A DNA stretch of 55,552 bases from Pedosphaera sp. (GTDB lineage: Bacteria > Verrucomicrobiota > Verrucomicrobiia > Limisphaerales > F1-12-MAGs170): contig SIBF01000001.1 in assembly GCA_009695275.1 (NCBI GenBank), positions 1 to 55,552 of the forward strand. The letters run 5' to 3'. A program made the translations under genes and the position numbers. The notes below the pieces were generated by a model. That model did not search any database, was not told where the DNA came from, and was given only the letters and a program-made list of their open reading frames with translations. This document shows positions 24,906-39,900 of the stretch, one piece after another; the stretch's first letter is position 1, and each line of letters begins with the position of its first letter.

Positions 24906-27900
24906 AGATCGATACGGCACCGGCAGATTTCGAGGGCGGAATCAGGGTGCGGGCGGCCATGTCCGCGCGAATCGTCTTACTCTCGTTACCCAAGATCGCA
25001 GCCGTCACCGTCCTCGATCTCCCGGGCATCGGACCATCACTCCAACCCGCCGCCTCAAAACCGAGCAGGCTCACCAAAGTCACCACGCTCGAATTCAGAA
25101 CATGGATCGTTTCAAAACCAGCGAAGAACACGGTCTTGTAGCCGGGCGTCACCAATTTTGTCGGAGTCTGGGTCGTGGCCAGACCGAGGGCATCGTAGTT
25201 TATTACATCCTCGGTTCCTCCTCCGCCTTCGATCTCCAGAGTGACCGCCACGGAAGGTGTGATGTTGAAACTGTCGCTTTCAGCACCGCCGACAATCTTC
25301 TCGATGTTCTCTCCGGCGTGAGTGACTTTGTTCGTGCCTGCGATGATGTTGATTCCGGCGTTCACCATCACAGTGACCCCGGCTCCTGCGTCTGCGAAAC
25401 GGATCTGATCGTTGCCTTCAGACACAGCCTCGGCGATCACGTCGGTTCCCCAATCCGCGCCGAAGGCGTAGGTGTCGTCACCTTTGCCTCCTCCGAGCAA
25501 GTCGTCGCCAGCGCCTCCGTTCAATGTGTCGTTGCGAAGTCCGCCCTTGAGCGTGTCGTTGCCCCCGGCTCCGTTGAGCGTCACCGCGCCAAGGGTAAAA
25601 GCCGAGGCATCGATCGAGTCGCCATTCACGCCGCCGGTCAATTCCGCCGATTCAATCGACAGGAGGGTGTCAATTTCCGCATCGATTTGCAGCGAGACAT
25701 CTTGCAACACAAAATCGGCATCGCGCGTCTCGACGACGCGATCCAGGCCGCCGGGGCCGCCGTTCAACGTGTCATTGCCCTGCCCACCGGTCAGCCGGTC
25801 GTTCCCCGATCCGCCGCGCAGCGAGTCCGCTCCGTCACCGCCGAACAGTGTGACGGACCCAAGTGTGAAGGCCGCCGCGTCGAGAGTATTCGGACTCGCG
25901 CCGCCAACGAGCGTGGCGGTTTCGATGCCGGTGAGAGTATCCACTTCCGCGCCGATCTGGAGCGTGCCGTTGCTCAGGACCATGTTCGCATCGCGAATGG
26001 CGACCACGCGATCCAGCGCGGACGCGCCGCCGCGAAGGATGTCGTTGCCATCGCCGCCGATCAAGGTCACCGGACCAAGGGTGAAGGCACTCGCATCGAT
26101 CGTGTTCGCCGAGGCGCCACCAGAGAGAAAGGCCGATTCAATGCCATCGAGCATGTCGGTCTCGGAGCCGATCTTCAGAGTGATGTTGCTCAGGAAAAAA
26201 TTGGCGTCGCGAGCCTCAGCAATGGCGTCGTTGCCCAAGCCACCTTTCAAAATGTCATTCCCGGGGCCGCCGGAGAACACATTGTCGAGATCGTTGCCCG
26301 TGATCTGATCCGCCAGCGCGCCGCCAATGACGCTCTCGATGGAGTTCGCATTCCGCAATTCGAGTGCAAGGTAGATCACGTCAGGATCGGGCGCGGTGTT
26401 CAGCACCACGGTCTGCCGGACCGTGAGGGAAAGATCAATGGTGATCGGGAATCCTGTGGTCGCGCTGAAGTCGAGCGCGTCAATGCCACCGGAGGGATCG
26501 CCTGCTTCGAGGATCACGTCGCTGCCGAGATCGGAATCGGCGTCGAACAGATAACGGTCATTTCCCGGACCGCCGCTGAGATGATTCTCAAGCGCGTTGC
26601 CTTGGAGGACATCGTTGCCCGAGCCGCCGATCAGATTCTCGATCCGGTCTGCGGCGATGAGATTTAGGAACAGACCGGCTTTCACCTGCTGTGGGGCCGG
26701 ATTAGCCAGATTGACCGTTACACCGGCGGTGGTGGTCGCCGAGAAGTCGAGAGTGTCAACGCCGCCATTGACCGGAAGTTCAACAATCGTGGTGGTGCCC
26801 GTTTCCACATCCGCGTTGAACTTGTAAGTGTCGTTGCCGGAGCCGCCGTTGAGCAGATCATTCCCGCCGCGCCCTTCGAGGATGTCATCACCCGCAACTC
26901 CGCCGATCACGTCCGCCCCCGGACCTCCGATCAGGTGGTTGTCGAGCAAGTTGCCAGTGATCGTGTTCCCTGCCTGGCCACCCAGGACATTTTCGACCGC
27001 GGCACCGGACGAAAGTTGAAGCTCCAGATTTCCGTTCACGACCTGGGACGGAGGCGTGCCATCCGCCAGATTCACCGTGATCGCGCCGCCGGTGGTGGCG
27101 GAGAAGTCAAGCGTGTCAATCCCGCCTTCAATATCGGGCTCTTCATTTACGGTGTCCGAGCCAAGCGGCAGGTCCGCGTCGAAGCTGTAGGTGTCATCAC
27201 CGCCCTCGCCAGTCAAAGTGTCATTGCCGGCAAAACCGGTGAAGTGGTTGGCGAGGGAGTTGCCAGTCAGAATGTCGTTTCCAGTGCCGCCAGTGACATT
27301 TTCGATGCCGTGACAAGCGATCAGGCGGAGCTGCAAATTTCCATTCACCACCTGCGTGTCGCCTTCGCCAAGATCGACAGTGACGGGCGAACTGGTCAGC
27401 CGGAAATCGAGCGTGTCATTTCCACCCGTCCCAACATCCTCCCAGATGTAATCCAGACCGAGCGGCCCGTCCGCATCAAAGAAGTAAATGTCGTCACCCG
27501 CGCCACCTTGCAGCCAATCGTTACCAGCCGCGCCAAGGAGCGCGTCATTGCCAGCGTTGCCCTCGATGCGGTTGCCGAGTCCATTCCCGGCAAGGACATC
27601 GTTCAACGCGCCGCCCTTGAGATTCTCCACCCCGCTCCCGCTGGCGAGCGTGAGGGTGTGGCGGAGCAACGACGCAGGCGCGGGCGTGCGAGCTGCCGGT
27701 TGCGCCACGGTGAGGGCAAGACTGACGGTGACTACGGCGCTTTCCGTGCTGGAGTAATCCAGAGTGTCGATCCCGCCCCCGGGCACTTCAAACACACTGT
27801 CGGAACCGATGGCAAAGTCTGCGTCAAAGACGTACGTGTCGTCACCGTTTCCTCCGCTTAGGATGTCATTGTTCGCTCCGCCGATCAGGGTGTCCGCGCC

Positions 27901-30900
27901 GACACCGCCAAGGAGAAAGTCATCCCCGCCGCGACCGTCGAGCGTGGCCGAGCCGGTGAACCCGCCCGCGTTGAGCGAATTATCGCTGACACCACCGATC
28001 AGGGTTGCGGCCTCGATGCTCACAAGCGCATCGGTCTCACCGCCGCCGAATGTGAGCGAAGCGTCGGTCAGCACCATGCTGAGGTTTCGTTCTTCGAGCA
28101 CCCGATCCACACCGGAACCGCCATCGAGGATGTCATTGCCAGTGCGGCCGGTGAGAACATCCACGCCCTGCAAGCCTTCGATCTTGTTGACGAGCGCGTT
28201 GCCGATGAGCGTGTCGTTGCCACGTCCGCCCTTGAGATTTTCGATCACGCCAGCGCCGCTCAAGGCCAGTTCGAGATTCGAATTGACCGCCTGCACATTC
28301 GTTGTTCCGAGATCGACGGTGACGCCGACATGAAGGGTGCCGGAGAAGTCGAGCGTGTCGGTGCCACCGGAATTCAATTCCGTGATGCCATCGCCAAACG
28401 TCGTGAAGAGCGATGTGTCCGCGTTGAAGATGTAGGTGTCGTCACCCGCGCCGCCGGCCAGGTTGTCGTCGCCCGCGCCGCCAATGAGCGTGTCCGCACC
28501 CGAGGTGCCGAGGAGCGAGTCGTCGCCCGCGCCACCATCGAGTTTCACCGTTCCCGTGGTGAAGGCGGAGGCGTCGAGTGTGTTGTCCCCGTCCCCACCA
28601 GTGAGTTCGACACGTTCGATGACGCCGGTGTAGGTATCGGTCTCGCCCCCGATCTTGAGCTGCGAGTTGCTGAGAATGAAGCTGGCATCGCGCTGTTCGG
28701 TGATGGTGTCCACGCCGCTGGCAGTGATGGTGTCGTCGCCTGCGCCCCCGGTCAGGAAGTTCTTGCCCGTGCCACCCACGATAATGTCGTTGCCACCGCG
28801 TCCGTCGAGGCGCACTTCTCCGCTGAAGGTTGACGCGTTCAGCGTGTTGTCATTGTCGTCACCGACCAGGCTGACATTCTCGAAGTCCGAGTAGGTGTCC
28901 ACCTCGCCGGCGCTGATGAGCGTGAGCGTGGCATTGGTGAGATTGAAGCCGCCACCGCGCTCCTCGACGAGCGTGTCACTGCTCGTGTCGCCGGGTGGAC
29001 CGCCATCAAGCACATCGTTGCCCTCGCCGCCCTTGATGCGGTTGCTGTTCAAGTTGCCCACCAACCAATCACTCCTGGCGCCACCGTAGAGATCTTCAAT
29101 GCCCCTGGAGTTGGAGATGGTGAGGCTGAGATTCGCGTTCACGGTTTGCGAGACGTCCTTGCCAAGATCCACCGCGACCCCCTGGAGCGTGGTGGCGGAG
29201 AAGTCGAACAAGTCTTCATCCAGGCTCGATCCAAACAGCCCTGCGGACTCGAAGATGTCGTCGTGCCCCAGCGGCCCGTCAGCGTCGAAGAGATAAATGT
29301 CCGAGCCGCGCCCACCCCGAAGTTCGTCGTCGCCACTTTTTCCTTCGATCGTGTCCCTGCCCGCGCCGCCGAGGATTCGGTTGTCGAGCGCATTGCCCGT
29401 GAGGACGTCATTCTGATCGCCACCAATGACGTTTTCTATGACATTGCCCGCCGGGAGAGTGATCGAGAGCGAGTTGGTGACCGCCTGGAGCGCCACACTT
29501 CCAAGATCGAATTTAATGGCGCGGCTGCTGGTCTGCGACAGGTCGATCGTGTCGTTGCCGCCGAACGGCGAGGCAACTTCGATGATGCTGTCGGCACCCA
29601 GGTTCTTGTCGCCGTCGAAGCGGTAGGTGTCGTTCTCGCCGCCGCCATCGAGCTTGTCGTTGTCCGGCCCGCCTTCGATCAGATCGTTGCCACCTTCGCC
29701 GTAGATTTCGTCCGCACCCTTCGCACCGATGAGCTGGTCATTCCCGACACCGCCGAGCAACTCCGCTTTGCCCAAGTTTGTGAAGTAGCCGAAATCGCCG
29801 AGCATCACGTCATTGCCGTCCTGGCCGAACACCTTGTCATCGTCGGGGCACGGGTTGTCGAAGATGAGCACGATGGCTTCGGGGAGATTGCCATAAACCG
29901 GGCCGCCCGTCGGATTCCCCAGACGGACACGGAAAAACTCCGGCACCTCGGTGAGATTGTCTTTCTTGATCGGGATGACAAACGATTTCTCGTTCTCGTC
30001 CACGCCAAAGCTGACGGTCCGCCGTCCTATCGCGCCCGCAGCGCCATTTTCCCAGATGCCGATGTAGTCGAGGTTGTGAAGAGCGGTGGATTGCTCCGTC
30101 CAGTAGGTACCGACCGGCTGGAAGCTGTTCGGTGTCCGGAGAATGCCGACCGTGGCGAAGCCGTCGGTCTCGCGCACGCTATAGACGACGTGGTCGAACT
30201 GAAGGCTCCACGGACCGGCTGAACCGGGCGGGACAGCCTGAAATCCAGCGTCGATATTCGAGACCGTCTGCCCGGCGTTGACGTGGAACGACAAGGTGAT
30301 GCCGGTCACATCGCTGGCATCGCTGTCACGGTCGTCAGAACCGATGTCAGGGAAGGCGAAGGCATAGCCGGCGGGCGGCAGGAACTGGACATAATAATCG
30401 CAGGCGGCAAGTTTGGTGAACTTGTAGTTGCCGGACCCCTCGGTGTAGGTGATGCCGACAAGCACCCACTGCGAATCGAACAAGTTCACTTGAACGTCCT
30501 TCACGCCCGGCTCGGCGTTTTGCTCGCGATCATCAACCGGACTGCTGTCGAGCCAGACACGGCCCTGGATTGTGCCTGGCGCGGGAATCGTCGCGGGATT
30601 CACGTAAATGCGCCTGCCGCCGTCGGCGGGATCGGCGTTGGCAGGCTGCTGGATCAACTGCGCGTCGTAGGCGTCACCCTCGCACGCGCAACCCGGCCCG
30701 AGCCAGTGTCCGCCGATGAGCCAGTCGTTGCCCGGACCGCCATCAAGGACATCGTTACCCGTCCCGCCATAGGCCATGTCATTGAAGAAGGCCAGGCCGG
30801 TGCCGGTCGAGGTGTCGGGTTTGGCTTTCTTGGGCGGTGTGTAAAAACCGATGCTGTCCAGCGTCGCGACGGTGGTGCTGACAGTGGTGAGGAGCGGATT

Positions 30901-33900
30901 GCCTTTCGCGGTGCTGACGGAGCTATCGACCGGCGTGGTGCTTTCATCCACGGTGACGGTCAGCGGCCCGAGCAAAACGTTCTTCGTGAACTGCCCGATC
31001 GTCCCCACCGAATCGGTCGTCACCGTGTACTCGGTCTTGAAATCCTTGATCTTGACCGTGACGCCGCCGAGCCCCCAATCGGTGCTCGGGTCGAAGAAAC
31101 CGTTGTTGTTCGCGTCATAGAAAACGAAGCCGGTCACCGCCGAGAAATCGTCATCGTAGATGTAGCCAAAATCCTCGAAGCCGGCAATCTCGGCATTCAC
31201 CGGATTGGTTATGCGGGCATAAACACTTTCCCAATCTTCGGAAATCACGTCGTCAATGAGCGTCACTTCCACCTGGATGATCTGAGTGCCGGAAAACGGA
31301 GCGAAGATCTTGGTGACCGGGCCGACCGGCAGGAAGTCCACCCCGGCGATCGCGGTGCCATTGTAGGCTGCCCAATCCACGGACACGGGCACCTCGCTTT
31401 TCCCCTCGGCCACGATGTCAAAGAGCATCTTGCTCGGCGTCACATCCATGCCCGGCCCGTTCCCGTCAGGCGATGCGTCCTCGGTCACACCGTCGGGCCA
31501 GTCCGGACCTATCAAATTCAAGGCGAAAATGTACACCTTTGGCTTCGGGTCATCCTCGACGATGGTGATCACGGCCGTGTCGTTCGGCGCGCGAACCTCA
31601 CCGCCGGTGGGATTAAGCAGGTGAAGAACGATGGTTTCGTCGCCCTCGTAAGCGTCGTTGTTGACTATGGGAATAATGATCTCCTTCACCGTCTCCTCCG
31701 GGGCAAATTGGACCACGCCGCGCGGACCGCTCGTACCACTCTCCCAAATCCCGGTGTAATCAAGCCCCGGCGTGGCCGTGCCGCCAATGCTCCAGAAAAC
31801 CGCCAGCGGCTGGGAGCTGCCCTCGGCACGGACCAGATGAACCGTCACCGACTCTTCCGACTCCTTCACTTCGTAATGCGTCCGCGCCCACCCAACGTAC
31901 CACGGGCCGGGATCGGGCACTTCGTCATTGGCAATCGTGACGATGGCGTGATTCAAATCATCGTCCAGTACGTTCAGCCGGCCGTTCGAGGCCCGGAGCA
32001 GGTTGACGAAGAATTGTTCGTTCGGTTCGAGACGCGTGTCGCCGATCACCTCGACTTCGATCTCGATCTGATTCAATATCTGACTTTCACGGAAGGTGAC
32101 GGTTTCGAACTTGTAAACGAAGTCCGGACGTTCGCCGGGTGGCGCGGCGTTCACGGCGGTTCCGCGCGTCGTATTCCAATCGAAGGTGACATCGCGTCCG
32201 CTGACGGCGCTGAGGCGGACGTTCAAATGCACGGCGGTATTCCCCGCCTGGCCTTCCGGCGTCGAAACGGTATTCGGGAGGAACTCGACAAACGGCATCG
32301 CCTCGTCGTCCAAAATTCGCCCGGTGGCCACCGGCCGCCCCACCACGGCGGCATCGGACGGCATCAATGAGTCCATGCGGACGGCCATTTGGAACTGCTC
32401 GTCATACTCGTCGAGCGCGTCGTTGAAAACCGGGATGACAACTGTTTTCTCCGTTTCGCCGGAAGCGAAACTGACCAAGCCCGGGGCTGTCTCGAAGGCC
32501 GCCGAATAATCCAGTCCAACACCCGGTTTCGCGCCGTCGAACACTCGCAGCCCGCTCGAATCCACGACCTGCCGGGTCATGTATTCCACGTCAATCTGCT
32601 GGTAGCTGGAATTGCTCAACCGGATCACGAAAGTCATTCCGGTGCCCTCGGGCGAAGGCAGATTGTCGTTCGGCGTGGGATCGATTTGAACGCCGTCGTC
32701 CACGGAAATGACAGGCGCGGCATCGTCGTCAATGATCGTGCCGGTGCCCGTCTGATTTGCCGGATCAATGTCGGCATTCCATGCGTCACACAACTTCACC
32801 GTGAAGGTCTCGTCCAATTCATCCATGGTGTCGCCGATGATTGGAACAACGATGGTCTTCAACGTTTCGCCAGGCTGGAATACGAGCGTGTAGGAAACGG
32901 TTGAATAGTCGCTGATCCGCTGCGCGCCACCCAATCCGATGCCGGGCTCGGATTCATAGCAAACCACGACCGCTTGATCGCTGACGCTCGACATCGTGAC
33001 CGTGAAAGTAAGGTTCGTGATCCCGGAATCGCCCTCGACCACAGACGGATTGTTGATGACCAGCAATGGCGTTGTGCCATGCACACCCGCGTCCCGAGTG
33101 TAATCCACCTGGCCGTCGGCCACCGTGAAGGTGTCGGTCACGCCTGTCCCGGGATTCACGTCGCTGTCCACTTCCTCATCGACACCGGACTGTTTGACCA
33201 CGAAGGCGAGGCCGGTTGGAAGCGTGAAGCGGAGCTTGTAATCACCACCCTGGAGTCCGGTGAACTTGAAGGCACCGTCCTTGTCGGTCGTGGTCTTGGC
33301 GACGACCGCGCTGGTCGAGTCGAGCAACTCGACCTTGATGCCGGCCACGCCCTTCTCGCCCGGATCGCGCACATCGTTCCGGACACCGTGTTCGTCCACC
33401 GCGTCGAGCCAGATGACATCACCGATGTTCGCGCCGGGGAAGGTCGTCACGACCGCGCTGTGCGCGTCGTCGGCGAAGACAAGATCGTTCCCGTTACCGC
33501 CATCGAGGAAGTCCTCGGTGTCGGTGCCCGTGTCACCCGGAGTCACCACTCCGCTGACCAAAAGTGTTCCTCCAAACAATCCATCATTGCCGCCTGCTCC
33601 GAAGAGCACGTCGCTTCCAGGCCCGCCGGCAAGCAGGTCATTGCCGGTGCCTTCTATGTCCTGCACATTGAAAATGCTGACGATGATGCCGTCGTCGCCG
33701 ATGAGAACATCGTTGCCCAGGCCGCCGTCGATGGTGTCATTGCCATAGGTTCCACCCGGCGTGCTGTCGTCTCCGATCAATTTATCGTCTCCCAGACCGC
33801 CGTTGATCGTGTCATCGCCTTCGCCGCCCATGACGAAGTCGGCGCCTTCATCCGCTTCGATGGTGTCGGCACCTGCGTTGCCCTCGATGGTGTCGTCACC

Positions 33901-36900
33901 GGCAGCACCGAAGATTTTGTCGTTGCCCGCGCCGCCGTAGAGCATGTCGTTACCGTCGCCGCCATACAACATGTCGTCGCCGTCATCACCATACAAGTGA
34001 TCAACACCCTCCAGGCCCGTCAGCACATCGCTCCCGGAGCCTCCGTGGAATTCATCGTCGCGGCCCGTGTAGGTGTCGTCCGTCTCCTCAGCGGTGATCG
34101 TGTCGTTGCCGTTGTCACCGTCGTAACGCCCGCCGCCGCGTCCGGCGTAGAGGGTGTCATTGCCGTCGTCGCCGTGGAGGCCACGATCCGCCGTGGAGTT
34201 ATCCACCGGCGAGGTGACACCGATCAGATTGATGGTGTCGCTGCCCGCACCGCCCCGCGCCCAAATCTTCTTCACGCCGTAGTAGGTCTGTTTGATGCCG
34301 CCAAATGCGACCTCAACGGTTTCGCCCTGGGCGGTGTCCTCAATGTGAGTGACGGTGTATTTCTCGTCGGCGTCGGTGGTGTCGCCGATTTCCCGTTCGG
34401 AAGCGTACTTGCCGATGTTGAGCCGGAGGCTGCCGGCGCCGTCGGCGGTGGCGATTTCACTGCCGCCCGCGTTCACGTAATTCGCGAGCACCGGCTGCGG
34501 ACAGGTCACGTCGAATTCGAGGAGTGTGATCTCCGCGAACCGCCAGGTGGCGTCGATCTGGAAGAAGAACAGGTCGATGATCAGATACGCTTCAAGGAAG
34601 AGGTTCATCTCGCCGTGGATGTCAAAGATGCACCGGACATCCTGCTTCGCGTTCGCGATCAACTCCGAGATGCGGACTCGTCCGTCGTCATCCGGATCAT
34701 TCAGATTGAAATCCACCGTCACCTCGACGCCACCGCGGACACCCGCCTCGGCGATGACAATGTCGATGGAACCGGCGGCGTAGAGCGACCCGCCCAGCGT
34801 CAACTCCGGCACGTCATTTCCGTCCTTGTCCACATCTTTGATGTAAAAACCGTCGAAAATATCCAGGACGTTCTTGTCTTCGCTGTTGAAGAATTTCTGA
34901 ATGCCGAACGTGTCGAAGCCGATGGTCAGATCGGCGTAAGCGCTGACCTTTCCGCCGAACTTCACGTAGAGCGGCCCGATGATGGGGATGGACAGCTCGA
35001 AGCCGGCCTCGAAATCGAGCGTGGGAATGTGATACTCGAAAAGGCTGACCGGCTTTCCGAGGAACAGCTTCGAAATTTCACCGATGGAAAGGAATGGCAG
35101 CTCGATTCCAATCTTCTTGAGATCGTCCAGGAAGCCAAGGATCGGGCCGGGAACATTGGCTTTGCCGATGGCCTGCCCCGGTTTGAGGCCGGATTGCTTG
35201 GCGACCTTTGAACCGCCGGCCCAATCCGGCGTGGCAAAGAATTTCCCGATGTCCCCCAAGTCCACCGCAGGTGCATCCACCTGCCCTTCGAGGCGTCCGA
35301 CCTTGCCAAACTTGTCGGTTTGCAAGTCGAAGCTGCCAAGCGAGAGCAGGATCGAGCCGTCGTTAACCACGGTCGAGTTCGCCATACGGATGACGACAAC
35401 CAGCACATCGATGAATTCACGCGTGCTCGGAGTGATGAGTCCGAACGCCTCGGCCATGTCGAGCAGGCTGTAGGGTTTCCCTGCGAGATCCGAGATGATC
35501 GGCAGCGGCGCGGTAATGACATCGACGACAGGCCCAAGCGGCTCGGTGATCTTGTTAAGCTCCTTGAGGATCGGCCCCATGAACTCGGCAATGAACGAGC
35601 CGACATCAAGCGAGACGTTGTGGATGCCGAATTCCAGATCTCCCTCCGAGTCCCCGCCGAGCACCCACTTCCAATTCAGGTCCAACTCCGCCAGCAGCCT
35701 CGGGAACCGGGCATCGCCGCCGAAGCTGAGAATGAGATCCAGGGCAAGGTTCGCCTCGGCGCCGAGTTCCGCTTTGATGAACTTGTCAAAGCTGAACCCG
35801 CTGCTGGTCATGTCGCCGAAGGTCAGCTTGTTCCCGCTGCCGACCGGATCCTTCAGATCTACGGAGAAGTAGCCCGTGAAGTGGGACGATTCGCGGGGAT
35901 CACCGGCGAGGCTGACACCGTCGGATTCATCGAGGACTTCGAGTTGCAGGAAGAGCAACTGCCCCTTCGCCTTCAAGCCCGGAATGGTCAGGCTGAAATC
36001 GACCCGCAACTCCTCGGGATCGGAAGTGTCGAAGTAAAAGCCATCCGTCGCGGTGATGGCGAATTTCAGTTTTAGATCGAAGCCAATCTCGATCTTCACA
36101 TTCCCATCGACGCTCAGGCCAAGGCCGGGAACCCCGATGTCGAAATCAATCGGGTCGCTGCTCGTGTCCAGAAGCGCGGCGGATTTCTTGAGGCGAAGGT
36201 TGAACTTGATCCCGTTGCCTTCGCACTTGATGTCGATCTGCTCCGCGCTGGTGATGGGCGATCCATCGCTCTTGGCGAGAATGTCGAGTCCGGGAGTGCC
36301 CAGCGCCTCGAAGATGGCCTTCTTGGCGAGCGTGATCGGATCGCCCCCCTCAGCGAGCGTCTGCCGGAGCTGTGCGAGAAGGCCGTTGCGGAATTCCATG
36401 ATGGAATCCGCCGCCTTGCCGAATTGATCGCCCACCAGCGGCAGGTTTCTTGAAAGCTTGTTGCCCAATCCGTCTTGAATGACGCCGAGCAGCGCATCGA
36501 GTCCATCGACCAATATCTCCGGGTTGTTGACGATGTCGCAGGCATCGATGTTGTCGAAGAGGCTCGAAATGTCCGGTGCCCGCAAGACCACCGCGCTGGT
36601 GTCCCCGGTGAAAAGCTGCGAGAGCGGACCGGATTGGAAGACAAGCCAGTTATCCGGCTCGGTGCCGGCATCCGGCCCGTCGCTGGTGCTGCCGATCGGG
36701 AGGCTGCCCAACGCGAACAATGGGAGATTCGCGCTTGCGGCGGCGGTGAGCGTGACGCCGATGTTGTCCGAGTCGAAGAAGGTTTCTCCGCTGCGGAAGT
36801 AATGCCGTCCATCGCCGTTGCTGTCCTTGAATGTGACACCAAACGAGGCGCTGTCTGTCGTTGTGGTGGGATCGCCATCGCCGTCGAGTGTGACGGTGCC

Positions 36901-39900
36901 GTTCTTGATCGAGACCTTGAGGCTGCCGATGCCGGCGGAGAGGTTCACTCCGGTGGCACGAACAGCCGCTTTCAGTGTGAGGCCGGTCGTGTCATAGAGA
37001 AACGGAATCAAATTGCAGCCGCTGCTGACATCGAGTCCGAACTCGATCATGAGATTGGCGCTGGCGGTGACATTAAGATTCGCCGAGCCTTCGATCTGGA
37101 TGATGTCCGCAACCCCTTCCAGCACCGCCCGCGCGGGATGACCAGGCGGGAGGAGTCCCACAATCTTCCCGAGGTCGAAGGCGAACGGCAGGTAATTGCC
37201 ATAGGAAAGCCCATACTCGAGATGGAACTTGATCGCCGTCTCCGTGAGGGTGTTCGCCCCGTCATTGCTGGCACCGTCGCCCACGGGTGAAACTGAAGTG
37301 TCGAGACCGGCGCTGAATGGGCTGGCGACGCTGGCGTTCAACTTGTCGCGGACCTTCGCGGCGGTGGTGTAGGTCGCGTTATAGACAATCTTGACGGTCT
37401 TGTTCGTGTTATCGACGACGATGCTGGCGTCATTCACGCCGTCGGCGAACGAGCCGTCGTCATCGAAGTCGATCTTCCAATCGTTGAACACCGCGCCGTT
37501 GCTCCTGGCCGTGAACACCAGCGCGTTCTTCTGGCCGGACGGATTGAAGCGCGCGACAGCGGCGGAACCGGCCGAACCACCCGCAGGCCCGGAAGTTTTC
37601 GCGTCATCGAGCTTGATCCAGAACTTGGCCGGGTCCACGCCGAAGAGTTTCTCAAGGTCGCTTTCGAGCTTGGTGATCGCGGAACTGTCGCCGGAAGAAA
37701 GGCTCTTGAAGGCGCGGGCAATATCTCCGGCGAAATCAAGCACGTCGCTCACACTGACATTGATCAGAGGCAGCGGCTCGCTCAGGAAGGAAAACGCCTT
37801 CAAGCCCTCCAGTTGATCGCTCAATGAATCGAGGACGGCGACAACATCCAGAAAGCTCGCGCAGCGGAAGTCCCCGAGCGAACCAAGTTTCGGATAAGTG
37901 ACGAAGGTGCCCTTGTTGTTTGTCGCGGCGTCGTAAGCGGCACCATTGTAGTGAACATCGTGAAAGTCAGGGATGAAAATCCGGAATTGCGATCCTGGCG
38001 GGATCAGCGGATTGCCGGAGAGCGTCGGCAGATTCGGCAGCACTGTGATGTTATTCAACTGAATGTCCACCGAGCCGGTGATCGACGTGTCCGGCGTGAC
38101 ATAGCTGCCCAGGTCCGACATGTGCCTGAGGATCATGTCCAGATCCAGGCGTGTCGGATGCAACGAACCGGGCGGCTCATGCGGATTCTTGAGCTTGAGC
38201 GTGGCGGCGAGCGTGCCGGTGGCCGTCCCGCCGCTGGTGGAGAGTTCAAAGATCGCAAAGCGCGCCTTGGCCGCAAGGTTGGTGGCGGAAACGGTCAATG
38301 TTCCTCCGAGCTGCACGTCTTCGAGGAAGACGCCGCGATTGGCTGACTTGGCCGGCACGATGTTGTTCATGCCGATCTCGGTGACAATGGGATCGCTGTT
38401 CGCCGATTCGATGGCGATCGACGTGATGACGCCGAGGTAACTGTCGAGCACGCCATTGTGGAAGAACGGATCGCCCGTTACCACGTCCTCCTCGACATCC
38501 AATTGCCCGTCGTTGTCCGTGTCTTCTCCAGCATCGAGAACGTGATTGCCATTGGCGTCCTCGTTCACCGTGTCGAGCTTGCCATCGGCGTCCTGATCTT
38601 CATTGATGGCTTCGATGAAGATGCCCGGGCTGAGAGTGGTTGAGACAAAGCGAATGACGCGGTTGAGCGGCTTGCCGTGGTAAGCCGGGCCGGTGCCAAG
38701 GAGGCCATTCAAATCGGCGGCGAGGTCGGCCACGCTGGTATTGTTGTCAGTGCGCAATGGCCCCACCGACTTCGAGAGCGTAAAGGTATGCCGGTACTCT
38801 CCGTCATTGAGGTTGATCGTGAAGGTCGAGTCGGCGGTCGTCCGGCCGTCGGACGGCGGCGGCAATGTCGGGGAACTGATGAGCTTGGGCACCGTCAGAT
38901 CGCCAAGATTCATCCCGAGTGTGAAGGAGATGCTGGGCGTGCCACTGATGCTGAAATCGCCACTGGCCGAGATGTCCACCAAGTCGCCCAGGCCGATGTC
39001 CGGATTGTATTTGAATTGGGTGGATTTGGTGACCGGGTAGCTGAAACTGAGGGCGATGGCGAAGGTCTTGTTCACCAGATCCACCTGCGGATCGATGTTG
39101 AAGGTGGCCGGGCCGGGTGGATCAAGGATCTCGTTCAGTTTGGCGAGCAATCCCTGGATTGTCGGGAATTTCGGGAACGAAACACCGGACGAATCACGCG
39201 GAAAACCAATTTCGGTGAACGCGGGATTCGACGCATCCCCGGTGATCTTGAGACTCGCGCCGGCGAGCAGCTTCAAGGCGATCTGCGAACTCTTGAGGAT
39301 GGCCTGCACCTTCGTGCCGAGTCCGGCACTGGTGAGAGCCTCGTTGATGTCGAGAACGAGATCGGCAAGGGCGGAGTTGTTATCGAGACCGGTGTCCGTG
39401 CTCGCCTTGGTGACGGTGACGGTGACAGCCGATGCGCCGTCGATGCTCAGGCCGAACACTGCGTTCCCCGTCAACTGCCCCTTCGCCAGTTTGCCGGTCG
39501 GACTGCCGGAGCTGGTGCTCGAGACGAGTTCAACATCGACCAGCCTGGCAAAGATTTGATCGAGGAATGCGGATCCGAAATCGAACGACCCGCCAATGTT
39601 CAAGCCGGAGCCGAAAGGCAGATCCACCTGCAGCAACGCGCTGCCGCTGATGCCGCCAAGGCCGCTCAAAGTTCGCTTCAATTCCCCGTAGAAATCCTCG
39701 ATCCGGAAGTTGAGGAAGCGGTAGAGGAAGGCTCCGGCCCCCGCAATGCCGCCGACAGGCTTGACGGTGACTTCGAGCGGGTGACTGATGTCCGGCCAGA
39801 TGACCTGGATCGTGCCGACAGGGATATCGAAGAGCGGGGGACCGCCGGGTTCCATGCCGGCGACGCGAATGTCCGTTTCGAACACAAGGTCATCACCCGC

